A stretch of 64,000 nucleotides of DNA. Source: an uncultured delta proteobacterium (GTDB lineage: Bacteria; Desulfobacterota; Binatia; Binatales; Binataceae). Shown here piece after piece: positions 48,861 to 57,764 of this stretch. Positions within the stretch are counted from its first letter, which is position 1. Each line of letters opens with the position of its first letter. The stretch covers positions 320,001-384,000 of the forward strand of contig CAVXXK010000003.1 in assembly GCA_963765675.1 (NCBI GenBank), written 5' to 3'. The notes beneath the pieces are model-generated. The model did not search any database and was not told the origin of the DNA. It saw only the letters and a list, made by a program, of their open reading frames with translations. Made by a program: the position numbers and the translations under genes.

Positions 48861-49078
48861 TCAGCGCGCGGCGAGCGCCAGAGCATCATCACCTCGATCC
48901 AGCCTTGGCGCCAAAGCGCGTCCAACGCTGCGTACGGTTGGAACCGCAGCGAGGTCTGGGTTGTCCCTCTCCCAACGAGATTGGGAGAGGGACTTAAGCA
49001 CCTCGGCGGCCGGGTTTGCCTTGTCGCGTGACGCGGAACTCAGCGGGCGGCGAGCGCGAGCATCACTTCGGTCCAGCC
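48861..49078. repeat. Degenerate direct repeat of the hdeD 3' end flanking a hairpin element
   Basis: TCAGCGCGCGGCGAGCGCCAGAGCATCATCACCTCGATCCAGCC (48861-48904) vs TCAGCGGGCGGCGAGCGCGAGCATCACTTCGGTCCAGCC (49040-49078); TCCCTCTCCCAA/TTGGGAGAGGGA hairpin at 48964-48992. Confidence 0.7.
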
Positions 49079-49582
49079 GTCGACGACGAAATCGATTCCG
49101 ATAAACAGGCCGATCACCCACAGACCCGATACCGGCCACGAAGCCGCGATCGAAATCCCGAGTATCAGAGCGATCGCGCCATTGAAGATGAGCCATCCGC
49201 GATGATGTATTGGCGTGCCGAAAGCGACGAAGAGACGAAACGCGCCGGCCACGATCAGGATCATCGCGATCAGCAACGTGATCGTGATCGCGGCGATATG
49301 CGGCTCGGCGACGATCAGCAAGCCCGCGACCACGTAGAGTATCCCGGCGATCAGGTTGATGAAGAACCCGCCCCATCCGCGGCGCGCAAAGCCGTGCACC
49401 ACTTCGATCACACCGCTTATCACCAGCAGCCACCCGAGCAGCAGCATCGAGACCAGCGTCATCGCGAAAGTGTCGCCGAGCGCGATCACGCCGCAGATGA
49501 TCAGCAGGATGCCGATCACCAGGAACCACGTGCGATGCGCGCGGACTTCCTCGATTCCGGGAACGACCAAGAGACCGGCCAT
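49040..49582 (-). CDS. HdeD/DUF308 family membrane protein
   Basis: WFLVIGILLIICG...GWLL.ISG...WP.SGLWVIGLFIGID; GGAGG RBS before ATG 49582. Confidence 0.9.
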   Translation of the reverse strand: MAGLLVVPGIEEVRAHRTWFLVIGILLIICGVIALGDTFAMTLVSMLLLGWLLVISGVIEVVHGFARRGWGGFFINLIAGILYVVAGLLIVAEPHIAAITITLLIAMILIVAGAFRLFVAFGTPIHHRGWLIFNGAIALILGISIAASWPVSGLWVIGLFIGIDFVVDGWTEVMLALAAR

Positions 49583-49626
49583 GGCGAAGCCTCCTTCGGT
49601 GTCGGCGATCAGCCCATCATCTCGAT

Positions 49627-51066
49627 TTAGAAGCCGGGCGGCCGCGGACATCCGCCGACCAGACCGGCCATGCGCTTGGCGAGATCGAGCGTTGTGCGAT
49701 CCTCGAGGTATGGACCGACGATCTGGATTCCAATCGGAAGCCCGTTCTTCAGGCGGCCGACCGGAATGACCGTCGCAGGCAGATAACACGCTCCCGCCGG
49801 CGCCATCCAGGTGGTTAGACTCCAGTAGGGCCGCTGCTCGCCACCAATCGTAGCCATCCGGCTGGCGATCGGCTCGGAATGATCGTGAGGGATCGCCGCG
49901 CACGGCATAACCGGCAGCAACATCGCGTCCCAATTGGTGAAGAACTCTTCCCAGCGCTTGCGCATCTGCAGGCGACGCTCGTTGTAGCTGAGCCATTGGC
50001 GATGGCGCATCGCGAGCAGGCGGCGAGTCCTGGCGGCCGGCGAGTCGCCCGGCGTAGCGGCGTATTCGTCGAGACGATCGTTAGGCACGCCGCCTGCCAG
50101 CGCGGCTTGCAGCAACGCGGAGAACGTCTCCGCGACCTTCTCGAGCGTGAACTCGGGACGAGCGTCGTGATCGACGCGCGCGCCGGCCGTCTCGAGCGCC
50201 TGAGCGGCCTTCTCCAGCAGCTCGCGCACGTCGGGCTCGACGCGGCACGCGGGATCATCGAGCCACGCGGCCACGCGATAATCCTTGAGCGTCCGGCGCC
50301 GCGGCGGCGGAAGCTTGAGCCGCCACGCGGGATGCTCCCAGCGATTCGGGCCGGCCATGATGTCGAGGCCGAGCTTCAGATCCTCGACCGTGCGCGCCAT
50401 CGGTCCTGCGACCGCGAGATCGGCCATCGTCAGCGTTCCCGGAGGACCGGGAATCTGTCCGTGCGCGGGGACGATCCCATAGCTCGGCTTATGGCCGACG
50501 ACGCCCGACATATGCGAGGGCAGACGAATCGAGCCGCCGATATCGCTGCCGAGCTCGAGCGGCGTGAACCCACACGCCAGCGCGGCTGCAGATCCGCCCG
50601 ACGAGCCCCCGGGAGTGCGCGAAACGTCGTGAGGATTGTTGGTGGTTCCGAAAACCTCGTTGTAGCTTTGCAGGTCGCCGGCATAAATCGGCAGATTGGT
50701 CTTGCCGAAGATAACGGCGCCGGCCTCGCGCAGGCGCGCCACCGGCCACGCATCTTCTTTCGGGATGAAATCTTTCAGCTCCGGCGCGCCCGAGGTGGTG
50801 CGCATCCCGGCGGTCTGGAAAGAATCCTTGATCGTCATCGGAACGCCGTGCAGAGCGCCGCGCACCTCGCCACGCGCGAGGGCGGCATCGGCGGCGTCGG
50901 CCTCGGAGCGGGCGCGATCGGCGTCGATCGTCACGACGCAGTTGATGGGCTTATCAAGCGCGGCGACGCGCGCCAGAAAATAGTCGAGGGCTTCGCGGCT
51001 GGAAATCTCGCGGCGCCGGATTTTTCTCGCAATAGCGGTAGCGCTCAAATGGGCAAGCTCGGACAC
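49627..51066 (-). CDS. Amidase signature family enzyme
   Basis: HGVPMTIKD, GKTN, GGSSGGSAAA, GSDIGGSIRLP. Confidence 0.96.
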   Translation of the reverse strand: MSELAHLSATAIARKIRRREISSREALDYFLARVAALDKPINCVVTIDADRARSEADAADAALARGEVRGALHGVPMTIKDSFQTAGMRTTSGAPELKDFIPKEDAWPVARLREAGAVIFGKTNLPIYAGDLQSYNEVFGTTNNPHDVSRTPGGSSGGSAAALACGFTPLELGSDIGGSIRLPSHMSGVVGHKPSYGIVPAHGQIPGPPGTLTMADLAVAGPMARTVEDLKLGLDIMAGPNRWEHPAWRLKLPPPRRRTLKDYRVAAWLDDPACRVEPDVRELLEKAAQALETAGARVDHDARPEFTLEKVAETFSALLQAALAGGVPNDRLDEYAATPGDSPAARTRRLLAMRHRQWLSYNERRLQMRKRWEEFFTNWDAMLLPVMPCAAIPHDHSEPIASRMATIGGEQRPYWSLTTWMAPAGACYLPATVIPVGRLKNGLPIGIQIVGPYLEDRTTLDLAKRMAGLVGGCPRPPGF

Positions 51067-51309
51067 GGCGGCCTCCTGTGGATGTAGTTGCTCAGCTTGT
51101 CAGTAGCCGATCGGAAAAAGAAGTCAAGCGGGCCACGTCTCGACCACGGCGATTCGCCGCTCCCGTGGTAGCGGCAAGCGGGCTTTGGTACCGTGTCCCG
51201 CATTGAGGCCGACGCGTCGCGGCGGCGGAAGCTTTTCGAAGGTGCGAACCTTGTGAGCGATTTGAACGAAAGCGATTCCGATCGCGCGGAAGTTCCAGCG
51301 CGAGACCGC

Positions 51310-52338
51310 GTGTTGACGTGTACCTGGGCGCCCACTGTTGTCGCGCGGCCCGACCCAACGCGCACCGGCGCGGCGCTCAGCGAGCGGCTGCTCGCGCCAG
51401 TGCGTCGCGCGGAAGAATTGGGAATCGACTATCTGCTGGTCGCGCAGCGATGGTGGGGCTCGGGCGAGGAGACCGAGCACTCGACCTACGACTGTCTTGC
51501 GATGACCGCGTTTTACGCGGCCCATACCAGCCGCATCCGTTTAATCACGGCGGTGCATCCGGGCTTCTTCGAGCCCGCGCCGATCGCGAAATGGGGCGCC
51601 ACGATCGATCAGACGAGCGGCGGCCGCTGGGCGATCAACGTGACCTCCGGATGGCACGAGGTCGAATTTGGGATGTACGGTGCGGAGTTGCTGGAGCACG
51701 ACGATCGCTACGCGCGTTCGCGCGAATTTATCGACGTGCTGCGCGGTGCGTGGAGCGGCGAGCGCTTCAGCTACGACGGAAACTTCTATCGCGTGCGCAA
51801 TCTCACAGTCGATCCGCGCCCGCGTTCACGGCTCGAAGTGTTCCAGGGCGGGCAATCTCCGGCCGCGATCGCGCTTGCCGCAAGCCATTCGGACTGGATG
51901 TTTCTCAACGGAGGCACGCCCGAACGAATCCGACAGATCATCGCGGAGGTGCGCGCGCGTACGGCCACGACCGGACGACGGGTGCGGTTCGCCCTGTACG
52001 CGATCCCGCTGTGCCGCGACACCGATAGCGAAGCGCAGGCGGAGATCGAGGCGATGCTTTCGAAGCTGCCGCCCGATCTGCACGAGCGGCGCAAGCTGGC
52101 GCACTCGGGCGCGCAAGGGATGTGGTCGGCGAACGCGGACAAGCTCGCGATGCTCGACACGAACGAGGGCTACTTGAGCGGACTTATCGGAAGCCCGCAA
52201 ACGATTCTGTCACGGATGGCGGAGTTTCATTCGCTGGGAATCGACTGTTTTCATCTCGCGCTAATAGACGAGCGCTTCAACCGCGAAGTCCTGCCGCAAC
52301 TGGCATCTCTATCGCGCACGGAACCGCAGTCAAGCTGA
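51310..52338 (+). CDS. LLM-class monooxygenase, SfnG/SsuD-like (start uncertain)
   Basis: AQRWWG, ITAVHPG, TID..SGGR.AINV.SGW..EF, EHDDRY, FQGGQS, DWMFLNG. Confidence 0.85.
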   Translation: MLTCTWAPTVVARPDPTRTGAALSERLLAPVRRAEELGIDYLLVAQRWWGSGEETEHSTYDCLAMTAFYAAHTSRIRLITAVHPGFFEPAPIAKWGATIDQTSGGRWAINVTSGWHEVEFGMYGAELLEHDDRYARSREFIDVLRGAWSGERFSYDGNFYRVRNLTVDPRPRSRLEVFQGGQSPAAIALAASHSDWMFLNGGTPERIRQIIAEVRARTATTGRRVRFALYAIPLCRDTDSEAQAEIEAMLSKLPPDLHERRKLAHSGAQGMWSANADKLAMLDTNEGYLSGLIGSPQTILSRMAEFHSLGIDCFHLALIDERFNREVLPQLASLSRTEPQSS

Positions 52339-52472
52339 AAAGCACAGTGCGTTCTTCAGGCTTCGGTGACAGACGATTGGATTCTCGGTTCTATCTTCAG
52401 TCCTTTGAATCCAAAAACTCCAATGCGCGTAGCATTAGGTACCATCGGCCAAAGCCAGAGGCACAGATAGTC

Positions 52473-52820
52473 TCAACCTGCACTGTCTCTTCCCATCGAG
52501 CGAAGCCACCGGTACAGCTGTCTTAGCAGCGACTCTACACCGCGCAAGATGTAATACCATTGGATTACACCCGCGGCGCAAAAAAGTAATCCCAGCGCAA
52601 TAACATTGGCTGTGCTGCAAGGCAGAACGTTCGTAAGCAACGCTGGAATTAGGCTGATGGGCAAGCCCCAAACTCCCATTATTCCAGCAATCTCTGAACA
52701 ATCTCTGCCCCCAGGGCAGCTTTGACTAAGACCTCCACAGTCGAGCACGACTATTCTAAGTAAGTAGATTTCCACGGCAAGCCAGAGGGCTATCGGCAAC
52801 CAAAAGAGTACACGGCGCAT
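52473..52820 (-). CDS. Putative membrane immunity protein 2 (3 TM)
   Basis: Paralog of 52842-53171 (MRRxLFWLPIxLWxxVExYLLR...WGxPxS...GLxFCxAGxIQWY); directly follows a toxin C-terminal fragment; AT-richer than the host. Confidence 0.65.
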   Translation of the reverse strand: MRRVLFWLPIALWLAVEIYLLRIVVLDCGGLSQSCPGGRDCSEIAGIMGVWGLPISLIPALLTNVLPCSTANVIALGLLFCAAGVIQWYYILRGVESLLRQLYRWLRSMGRDSAG

Positions 52821-52841
52821 AGCAGTTCCGGTCTCGAACCC

Positions 52842-53171
52842 TTAATTGGACGAGTTCGCGCAGTTAGCCTCGCAATTTGCTATCGCTGAAGTAGCAAACC
52901 GCTGGCAATTCATTACGTACCATTGAATCAGCCCAGCGACGCAGAATACGAGCCCCTGTGTAACGCAGCCGCCAGTCGTCGAACAATCGGCCGATAGTAA
53001 ACTAGTGATAGCTGCTCCAATTATACTGCTGGGAAACCCCCACAAGAGAACTAGACCGAGTGCTTCTGGGTAATCTCCTCCCGGTTTTGAGTTCAGAGAG
53101 AGTACCCTCAGTAGGTAAACCTCCACGCAGAACCAGAGGAAAATCGGTAACCAAAACAGCGCGCGGCGCAT
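52842..53171 (-). pseudogene. Putative immunity protein 1, truncated and fused in frame to a second toxin C-terminal fragment
   Basis: Matches its paralog up to IQWY (~52917), then switches to MNCQRFATSAIANCEANCANSSN*, homologous to the RHS tip MNCEKFANWAVANCQAQCAG. Confidence 0.7.
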
Positions 53172-53182
53172 ACGAGCCACCG

Positions 53183-53836
53183 TTACGGTGCCGAACCGGA
53201 TGCGCCCGCGCACTGCGCTTGGCAATTAGCTACTGCCCAATTGGCAAACTTCTCGCAGTTCATGCCACCAAACCCATTGCCGAGGCTGCACTTCGGAGGA
53301 TCTCCCTCCGCCACACCCAACAGACAGCTCTCCACGCAGGATTTCCGACTCTGCAACTTGCAGGAGTTGTTGAGTTTGTCAGGCTCAAACTCGCCCGGGG
53401 CATCAAGCCAATTGCCTTCCGTGGTGAGGCCAAAGCAATAGGTGTAGGTCTTGGTGCTGTCATTCGTCAGGTTGCCGTTCGTATCATAGGTCAGCGCGGT
53501 GCCATTAAACGCCGTCATCTCGTTGTCCGCGTTGAAGGTGTTTCCACTCAGAGGCTGCGGCAGGTTGGTCTGCGCGAAGCTCCCCGTCTTCTCGATCACG
53601 TGCCCATCCGCATAGTAGTTGTACTCGAGGTCGCCCACCGGATTGTTCGCCAGCGTCCAGTTCATCGCGCTTATCCGCGAGTTGCTGTTCCTTCGGCCTC
53701 GCTCAGGACAGGCTCCACTATATGTCACCACAATCCCGTTGGGCAGCGTCAGCGTCGTTCTTCGGCTCGCGCTGTCATAATTGAACGAAACCGAACGAGT
53801 CCCTTGGGTAATTCCGGTCAGCCGGTTGGCGTTGTC
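53183..53836 (-). pseudogene. RHS/YD-repeat polymorphic toxin remnant with Cys-rich C-terminal tip
   Basis: DNANRLTGITQG...YDSASRRTTLTLPNG...FNADNEM...YDTNGNLTND repeats; no 5' end (TGA at 53837-53839); RHS core and DPxG motif missing, jumping directly into the tip near 53440. Confidence 0.85.
53690..53716. repeat. Short palindromic element inserted in frame in the RHS remnant
   Basis: CCTTCGGCCTCGCTCAGGACAGGCTC closely matches 23582-23609; reads GACPERGRR in the RHS frame. Confidence 0.75.
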
Positions 53837-53889
53837 TCATCCGTATGATGCCGCCGTGGGTGCCCCACCACCGTCATCGACGTGCGCGT

Positions 53890-54137
53890 GAGGGCGGTGA
53901 ATTCTACGACAGCCTGACGTTCAAAGACGCGTTACACCCGCAGACACGGCTTGCCTATGAAATGAACTCGAACCCGCTTGGCCCGTTGCATGGAGCCCCG
54001 CTCAGTCTGCGGGTCGAAAGTCAACTCGGTTTCAAGATGTGAAATGGATCAGAGCGATCGAGTTCGTCGACGATGTGGAGCGCATCTACAAGGCGATGGC
54101 GGTTATAACGAGGATAACGAGTACTCGCGAATATTGA
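53890..54137 (+). pseudogene. 3' fragment of a sulfite-oxidase/MsrP-like molybdopterin oxidoreductase
   Basis: FYDSL...HPQT.LAYEMN..PL..LHGAPL.LRVE.QLGFKM/VKWIRAIEFV.../GGYNED; 5'-truncated with two -1 frameshifts. Confidence 0.8.
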
Positions 54138-54311
54138 GGGTTTGGTGTTCAAAAAAATCAGGACCGTCCCGCGACGAAGGATTAACATCAGGTGAGGCTG
54201 TAACGATTTCTCCACGTTTCCAAATGGCGAGAACTATCTGCGCGCCGGGCAGGTTCATGCTCCTCGTCTTTTAGAAACGCGCGACAACGTTTCGAAAGAG
54301 GTAGGAATCCG

Positions 54312-54701
54312 ATGAGTCATGCGCCCGATGCTGAAAATTTAGATACCAGCGCTCAATGGTCGCGCGCGGTCAATGACACCGGTCATTACCTCACGAAGGT
54401 CGCGTCGTGGAGTACGCGCGGAAGTGACGTGATCGGTGAGATGCAAGGCTGCGTCCGTTGCGGCCTTGTCATCATCAATGACCGTCGCGGCGTGCTGCTG
54501 ATCGCGCCCGGCGGTTTCAATCGAATGCACAAGCGGATTTTTCCCTGCCAGATTCCGCCTTTCTGTCAGGGGTCGGCCTTTAAGGATTCGCCGCTGGAGA
54601 GTAATGATCCGCTCGTCGAGTTGCGTCGCCGGCTGGTGGAAAAGCACGACCCGCGGTTTAGAGTCTTCAACGATGCGACGATGACGGTCATTGAAACCTG
54701 A
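54312..54701 (+). CDS. Hypothetical protein with a CxxC motif
   Basis: 129-aa ORF with GAGG/AGGA RBS-like sequence and CVRCG; no recognised family. Confidence 0.45.
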   Translation: MSHAPDAENLDTSAQWSRAVNDTGHYLTKVASWSTRGSDVIGEMQGCVRCGLVIINDRRGVLLIAPGGFNRMHKRIFPCQIPPFCQGSAFKDSPLESNDPLVELRRRLVEKHDPRFRVFNDATMTVIET

Positions 54702-54811
54702 ATGCGTCGGCGAGCCTGCCTCGCGATGCCGGCGGAAAATCGGCTCGGATTAAAACAGTTTCGCGGGTATCTTCGGCTCGTGCAGAAGATCCCTGTTCCC
54801 TTCGCAAAGAC

Positions 54812-56953
54812 ATGAACCATCAGGTCACCCGCCAGATTCTATGGAATGTGCCAATCGCGTTCATCGTTGTGATGTACGCGCTGCTGTTCGTGCTGTTGTG
54901 CGCTTTTGCCTGGAGGGGAATTTATTGGTGGCGGCGAGTGACTTTGGGAACCGCGGAGGAAAGCCGAGTCGATCAACCGTTCCGGCGTCTGTGGATCGCC
55001 CTAACCCAGGGGGTCGGGGAGGGAACGGTCATAAGGGAGAGTTGGGGGTGGATGCACTACACCTTCTACGTCGCGTTTGTGGGATTGTTCTTCGGAACCA
55101 GCATCGTCTTCCTCAACAGCGATCTCCGCTACGCGGCGGGTCTGGTTGGGTTCGATCTCTACTTCTACTTCGGGGACTTCTATCTTTTCTTCAAAGCCGC
55201 GATGGACACGTTTTTCCTGGCGCTGATACTCGGCGTTACCGTCGTCGCAGTTCGGCGCTGGATCCTTGTATCGCCCGCGGCGACGCGCTCGAGTCTGGCC
55301 CGATTTGGCCGGCCTTCGCTGCTGAGCTCTCCTCCGCAACAGAAGCTACTTGATAATCTCGAAAATTTTCTCGGCTATTGGTACCCGCTCCTGATGCTGG
55401 TGCTCGCGGCCGTGACCGGACTGATGCTGGAGGGCGCGCGAATCAACGCAACCCATCCGACTTTCACGGAATGGGCGTACGTTGGCCGGCAGGTCGGACG
55501 GATCGAAGGAGCTCTCGGCGCCGGAATCATCTTCCACCGATGGCTGTGGCTGACACACGTGCTGATTGTGTACCTGCTGTTATTTGCTTTCCCGTTTTCA
55601 AAGCTGCGCCATTTTCTGTTCGGACCGATCAATCTGTTTTTTCGTTACCTCGGCCCAGGCGGCCGGCTGAAGCCGATTCTCAATTTTGAGACGGCCGAAA
55701 CTTTCGGGGTTTCCAAGATCGAGGAATTCACATGGAAGCAGCTGCTAGACGTGGCTTCGTGCCTCGAATGCGGGCGATGCACGATCAATTGTCCGACTGC
55801 GACGACTGGAAAAGCACTCAATCCCAAGTTCCTCGTAATTGAGCAGCGCGAGCATCTGCTCGATAAGATGCCCTACCTGCTTCAGACAAAGGCGGCTGCG
55901 CAAGAAGGCGGCGCTGCGCCTTTCTGGACCGGCCCCGACATGATCAAGGATGTCGCCACCGAGCAGGCGATCTGGGATTGCACGAATTGCGGATGGTGCG
56001 AAGAAGGATGCCCGGTCGGGATCGCGCACATCCAACGCATCGACGACATGCGCCGTCATCTGGTCATGATGGAGAGCCGATTTCCGCAGGAGGCGGTGGC
56101 GGCATTCAAGGGAATCGAAAATCAGGGAAATCCGTGGGGATTGGCCTCCGAAAAACGCGGAGATTGGGCTACGGGCCTGGGCATTCCAGAAATGTCCGCG
56201 CTGGAGGATCCTTCTCAGATCGAGGTGTTGTACTGGGTTGGATGCGCCGGTTCCTACGACGAACGCAATCAAAAGGTTTCCCGAGCGCTGACCGGCTTGA
56301 TGAAACAAGCCGGGGTCAAGTTCGCAATCCTTGGCCGAGAGGAGCGATGCAACGGCGACCCCGCGCGAAGGCTCGGCAACGAATACCTCTACGCCACGGT
56401 CGCCCAGCAGAACATCGAAACGCTCAATCGTTACAAGCCAAAGCGAATCGTAACACAATGTCCGCACTGCTATCACAATCTGAAAAAGGAATACCGTGAT
56501 TTTGGCGGTGAATACGAAGTGGTTCACGAGGGCGAGTTTCTGGCCGAGCTGATCCGCGCCGGCAGACTTCACCCGAATACGCCGATTGATCAGCGTATCA
56601 CCTACCACGACCCGTGTTTCATGGCACGTCACGATCGCAAGTGGAGTGACGCGCGCGAAGCCCTCCACGCGATGCCGGGCGCAGAGGTGAGCGATGTCGA
56701 TCAGTCCAAAAACCGAACTTACTGTTGTGGGGCAGGCGGCGGATGCTTCTGGAAGGAAGAGGTCGGAGGCACGCGTATCAATGAGAAGCGGCTGTCGCAG
56801 CTCGAGGCGGCCAAGCCTGACACCATCGTGGTGTCATGCCCTTTTTGCATGACGATGATCGAAGATGCGGTCAAGTCGCGCGCCTCGGAGGAGGAAGCGA
56901 CTGTCACCCTGGACCTCGCCGAAGTGATCGCGAAATCTACCGGCATCCGATGA
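54812..56953 (+). CDS. Membrane-bound heterodisulfide-reductase-like Fe-S oxidoreductase (FadF/EMO-like)
   Basis: NarI-like TM domain with His ligands, two CxxCxxCxxxCP clusters, two CCG domains (GCAG...CNG...CPHC; HDPC...CCG...CPFC). Confidence 0.92.
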   Translation: MNHQVTRQILWNVPIAFIVVMYALLFVLLCAFAWRGIYWWRRVTLGTAEESRVDQPFRRLWIALTQGVGEGTVIRESWGWMHYTFYVAFVGLFFGTSIVFLNSDLRYAAGLVGFDLYFYFGDFYLFFKAAMDTFFLALILGVTVVAVRRWILVSPAATRSSLARFGRPSLLSSPPQQKLLDNLENFLGYWYPLLMLVLAAVTGLMLEGARINATHPTFTEWAYVGRQVGRIEGALGAGIIFHRWLWLTHVLIVYLLLFAFPFSKLRHFLFGPINLFFRYLGPGGRLKPILNFETAETFGVSKIEEFTWKQLLDVASCLECGRCTINCPTATTGKALNPKFLVIEQREHLLDKMPYLLQTKAAAQEGGAAPFWTGPDMIKDVATEQAIWDCTNCGWCEEGCPVGIAHIQRIDDMRRHLVMMESRFPQEAVAAFKGIENQGNPWGLASEKRGDWATGLGIPEMSALEDPSQIEVLYWVGCAGSYDERNQKVSRALTGLMKQAGVKFAILGREERCNGDPARRLGNEYLYATVAQQNIETLNRYKPKRIVTQCPHCYHNLKKEYRDFGGEYEVVHEGEFLAELIRAGRLHPNTPIDQRITYHDPCFMARHDRKWSDAREALHAMPGAEVSDVDQSKNRTYCCGAGGGCFWKEEVGGTRINEKRLSQLEAAKPDTIVVSCPFCMTMIEDAVKSRASEEEATVTLDLAEVIAKSTGIR

Positions 56954-56994
56954 TCGGCAACCCATGAGAATCTTTCTCAATCGAGGCCAGTACG

Positions 56995-57273
56995 ATGCCC
57001 AAAACATTTAAGCGAGGCGATCACGTTGAATGGAACTCAGAAGCCGGACGGGTTCGCGGGGTCATCGTCAAGAAGGTCACCTCCGACACGCGCTTCAAGG
57101 GCTACGTGCATCATGCATCGAAGGATGAGCCGCAATACATGATCCAAAGCGACACAACCGACCACGTGGCAATTCACAAAGGACGCGCACTGAAACACAT
57201 AGCCGCTCGCATCAGCAGCCGGCCACCACCGGCCAAAAAAAACACCAAGGCGAACCCGAAGCGGACCTCCTGA
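56995..57273 (+). CDS. DUF2945/HVA1 Tudor-like protein
   Basis: FKRGDHVEWNSEAG...G...HASKDEPQY.I.SD.T.H.A.HK..AL. Confidence 0.88.
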   Translation: MPKTFKRGDHVEWNSEAGRVRGVIVKKVTSDTRFKGYVHHASKDEPQYMIQSDTTDHVAIHKGRALKHIAARISSRPPPAKKNTKANPKRTS

Positions 57274-57413
57274 CGTGCATCGGTTGCGGCGCGTGCGTCG
57301 TCGCTTGTCCGAACGCTCCTGCTTCTCTGGCTACCGCGGCAAAAATCAGTTGGCAGGGCGAATGTCAGGCGACGTGATCTTCTGAGCTTTCGGATTATTC
57401 AGGACGAAACGTG

Positions 57414-57764
57414 TCAATGCGCACCCAGGACTTCACGTATGACCACCGCCTGGTTGTGTTCCTCGTCCTTTGCGCTGTAAACGAGGGTCACGGTGCCGCG
57501 AGCAGCCGTCTTGGAAATTTCTTTCAACATTTCGCGAGCTTCCGGGCGTCTCAATTCGGTCTTGTAGCGTTTGCGAAATTCCTTCCAGTGCGCCGGATCG
57601 TGGCCAAAAGACTTGCGCAACTCCGTACTCGGCCCTAATTCTTTCATCCACTTCGCCACATTCACTTTTTCCTTCTTCAGCCCGCGCGGCCACAAACGAT
57701 CGACCAGGATACGCGTGCCGTCACTGCGCGAAGGAGCGTCGTAAGCGCGTTTGATTTGCACCAT
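57414..57764 (-). CDS. DUF488/YeaO family protein (in frame with the upstream debranching enzyme)
   Basis: MVQIKRAYD...[16 protein letters not shown]...PSTELRK.F.HD...[12 protein letters not shown]; has its own AAGGA RBS. Confidence 0.88.
   Translation of the reverse strand: MVQIKRAYDAPSRSDGTRILVDRLWPRGLKKEKVNVAKWMKELGPSTELRKSFGHDPAHWKEFRKRYKTELRRPEAREMLKEISKTAARGTVTLVYSAKDEEHNQAVVIREVLGAH

Noticed and set aside
55260-55320. Possible in-frame insertion (SPAATRSSLARFG) in the Hdr-like protein
   Set aside because: No palindrome or match to other repeats in the window; cannot be separated from normal loop variation without an alignment.
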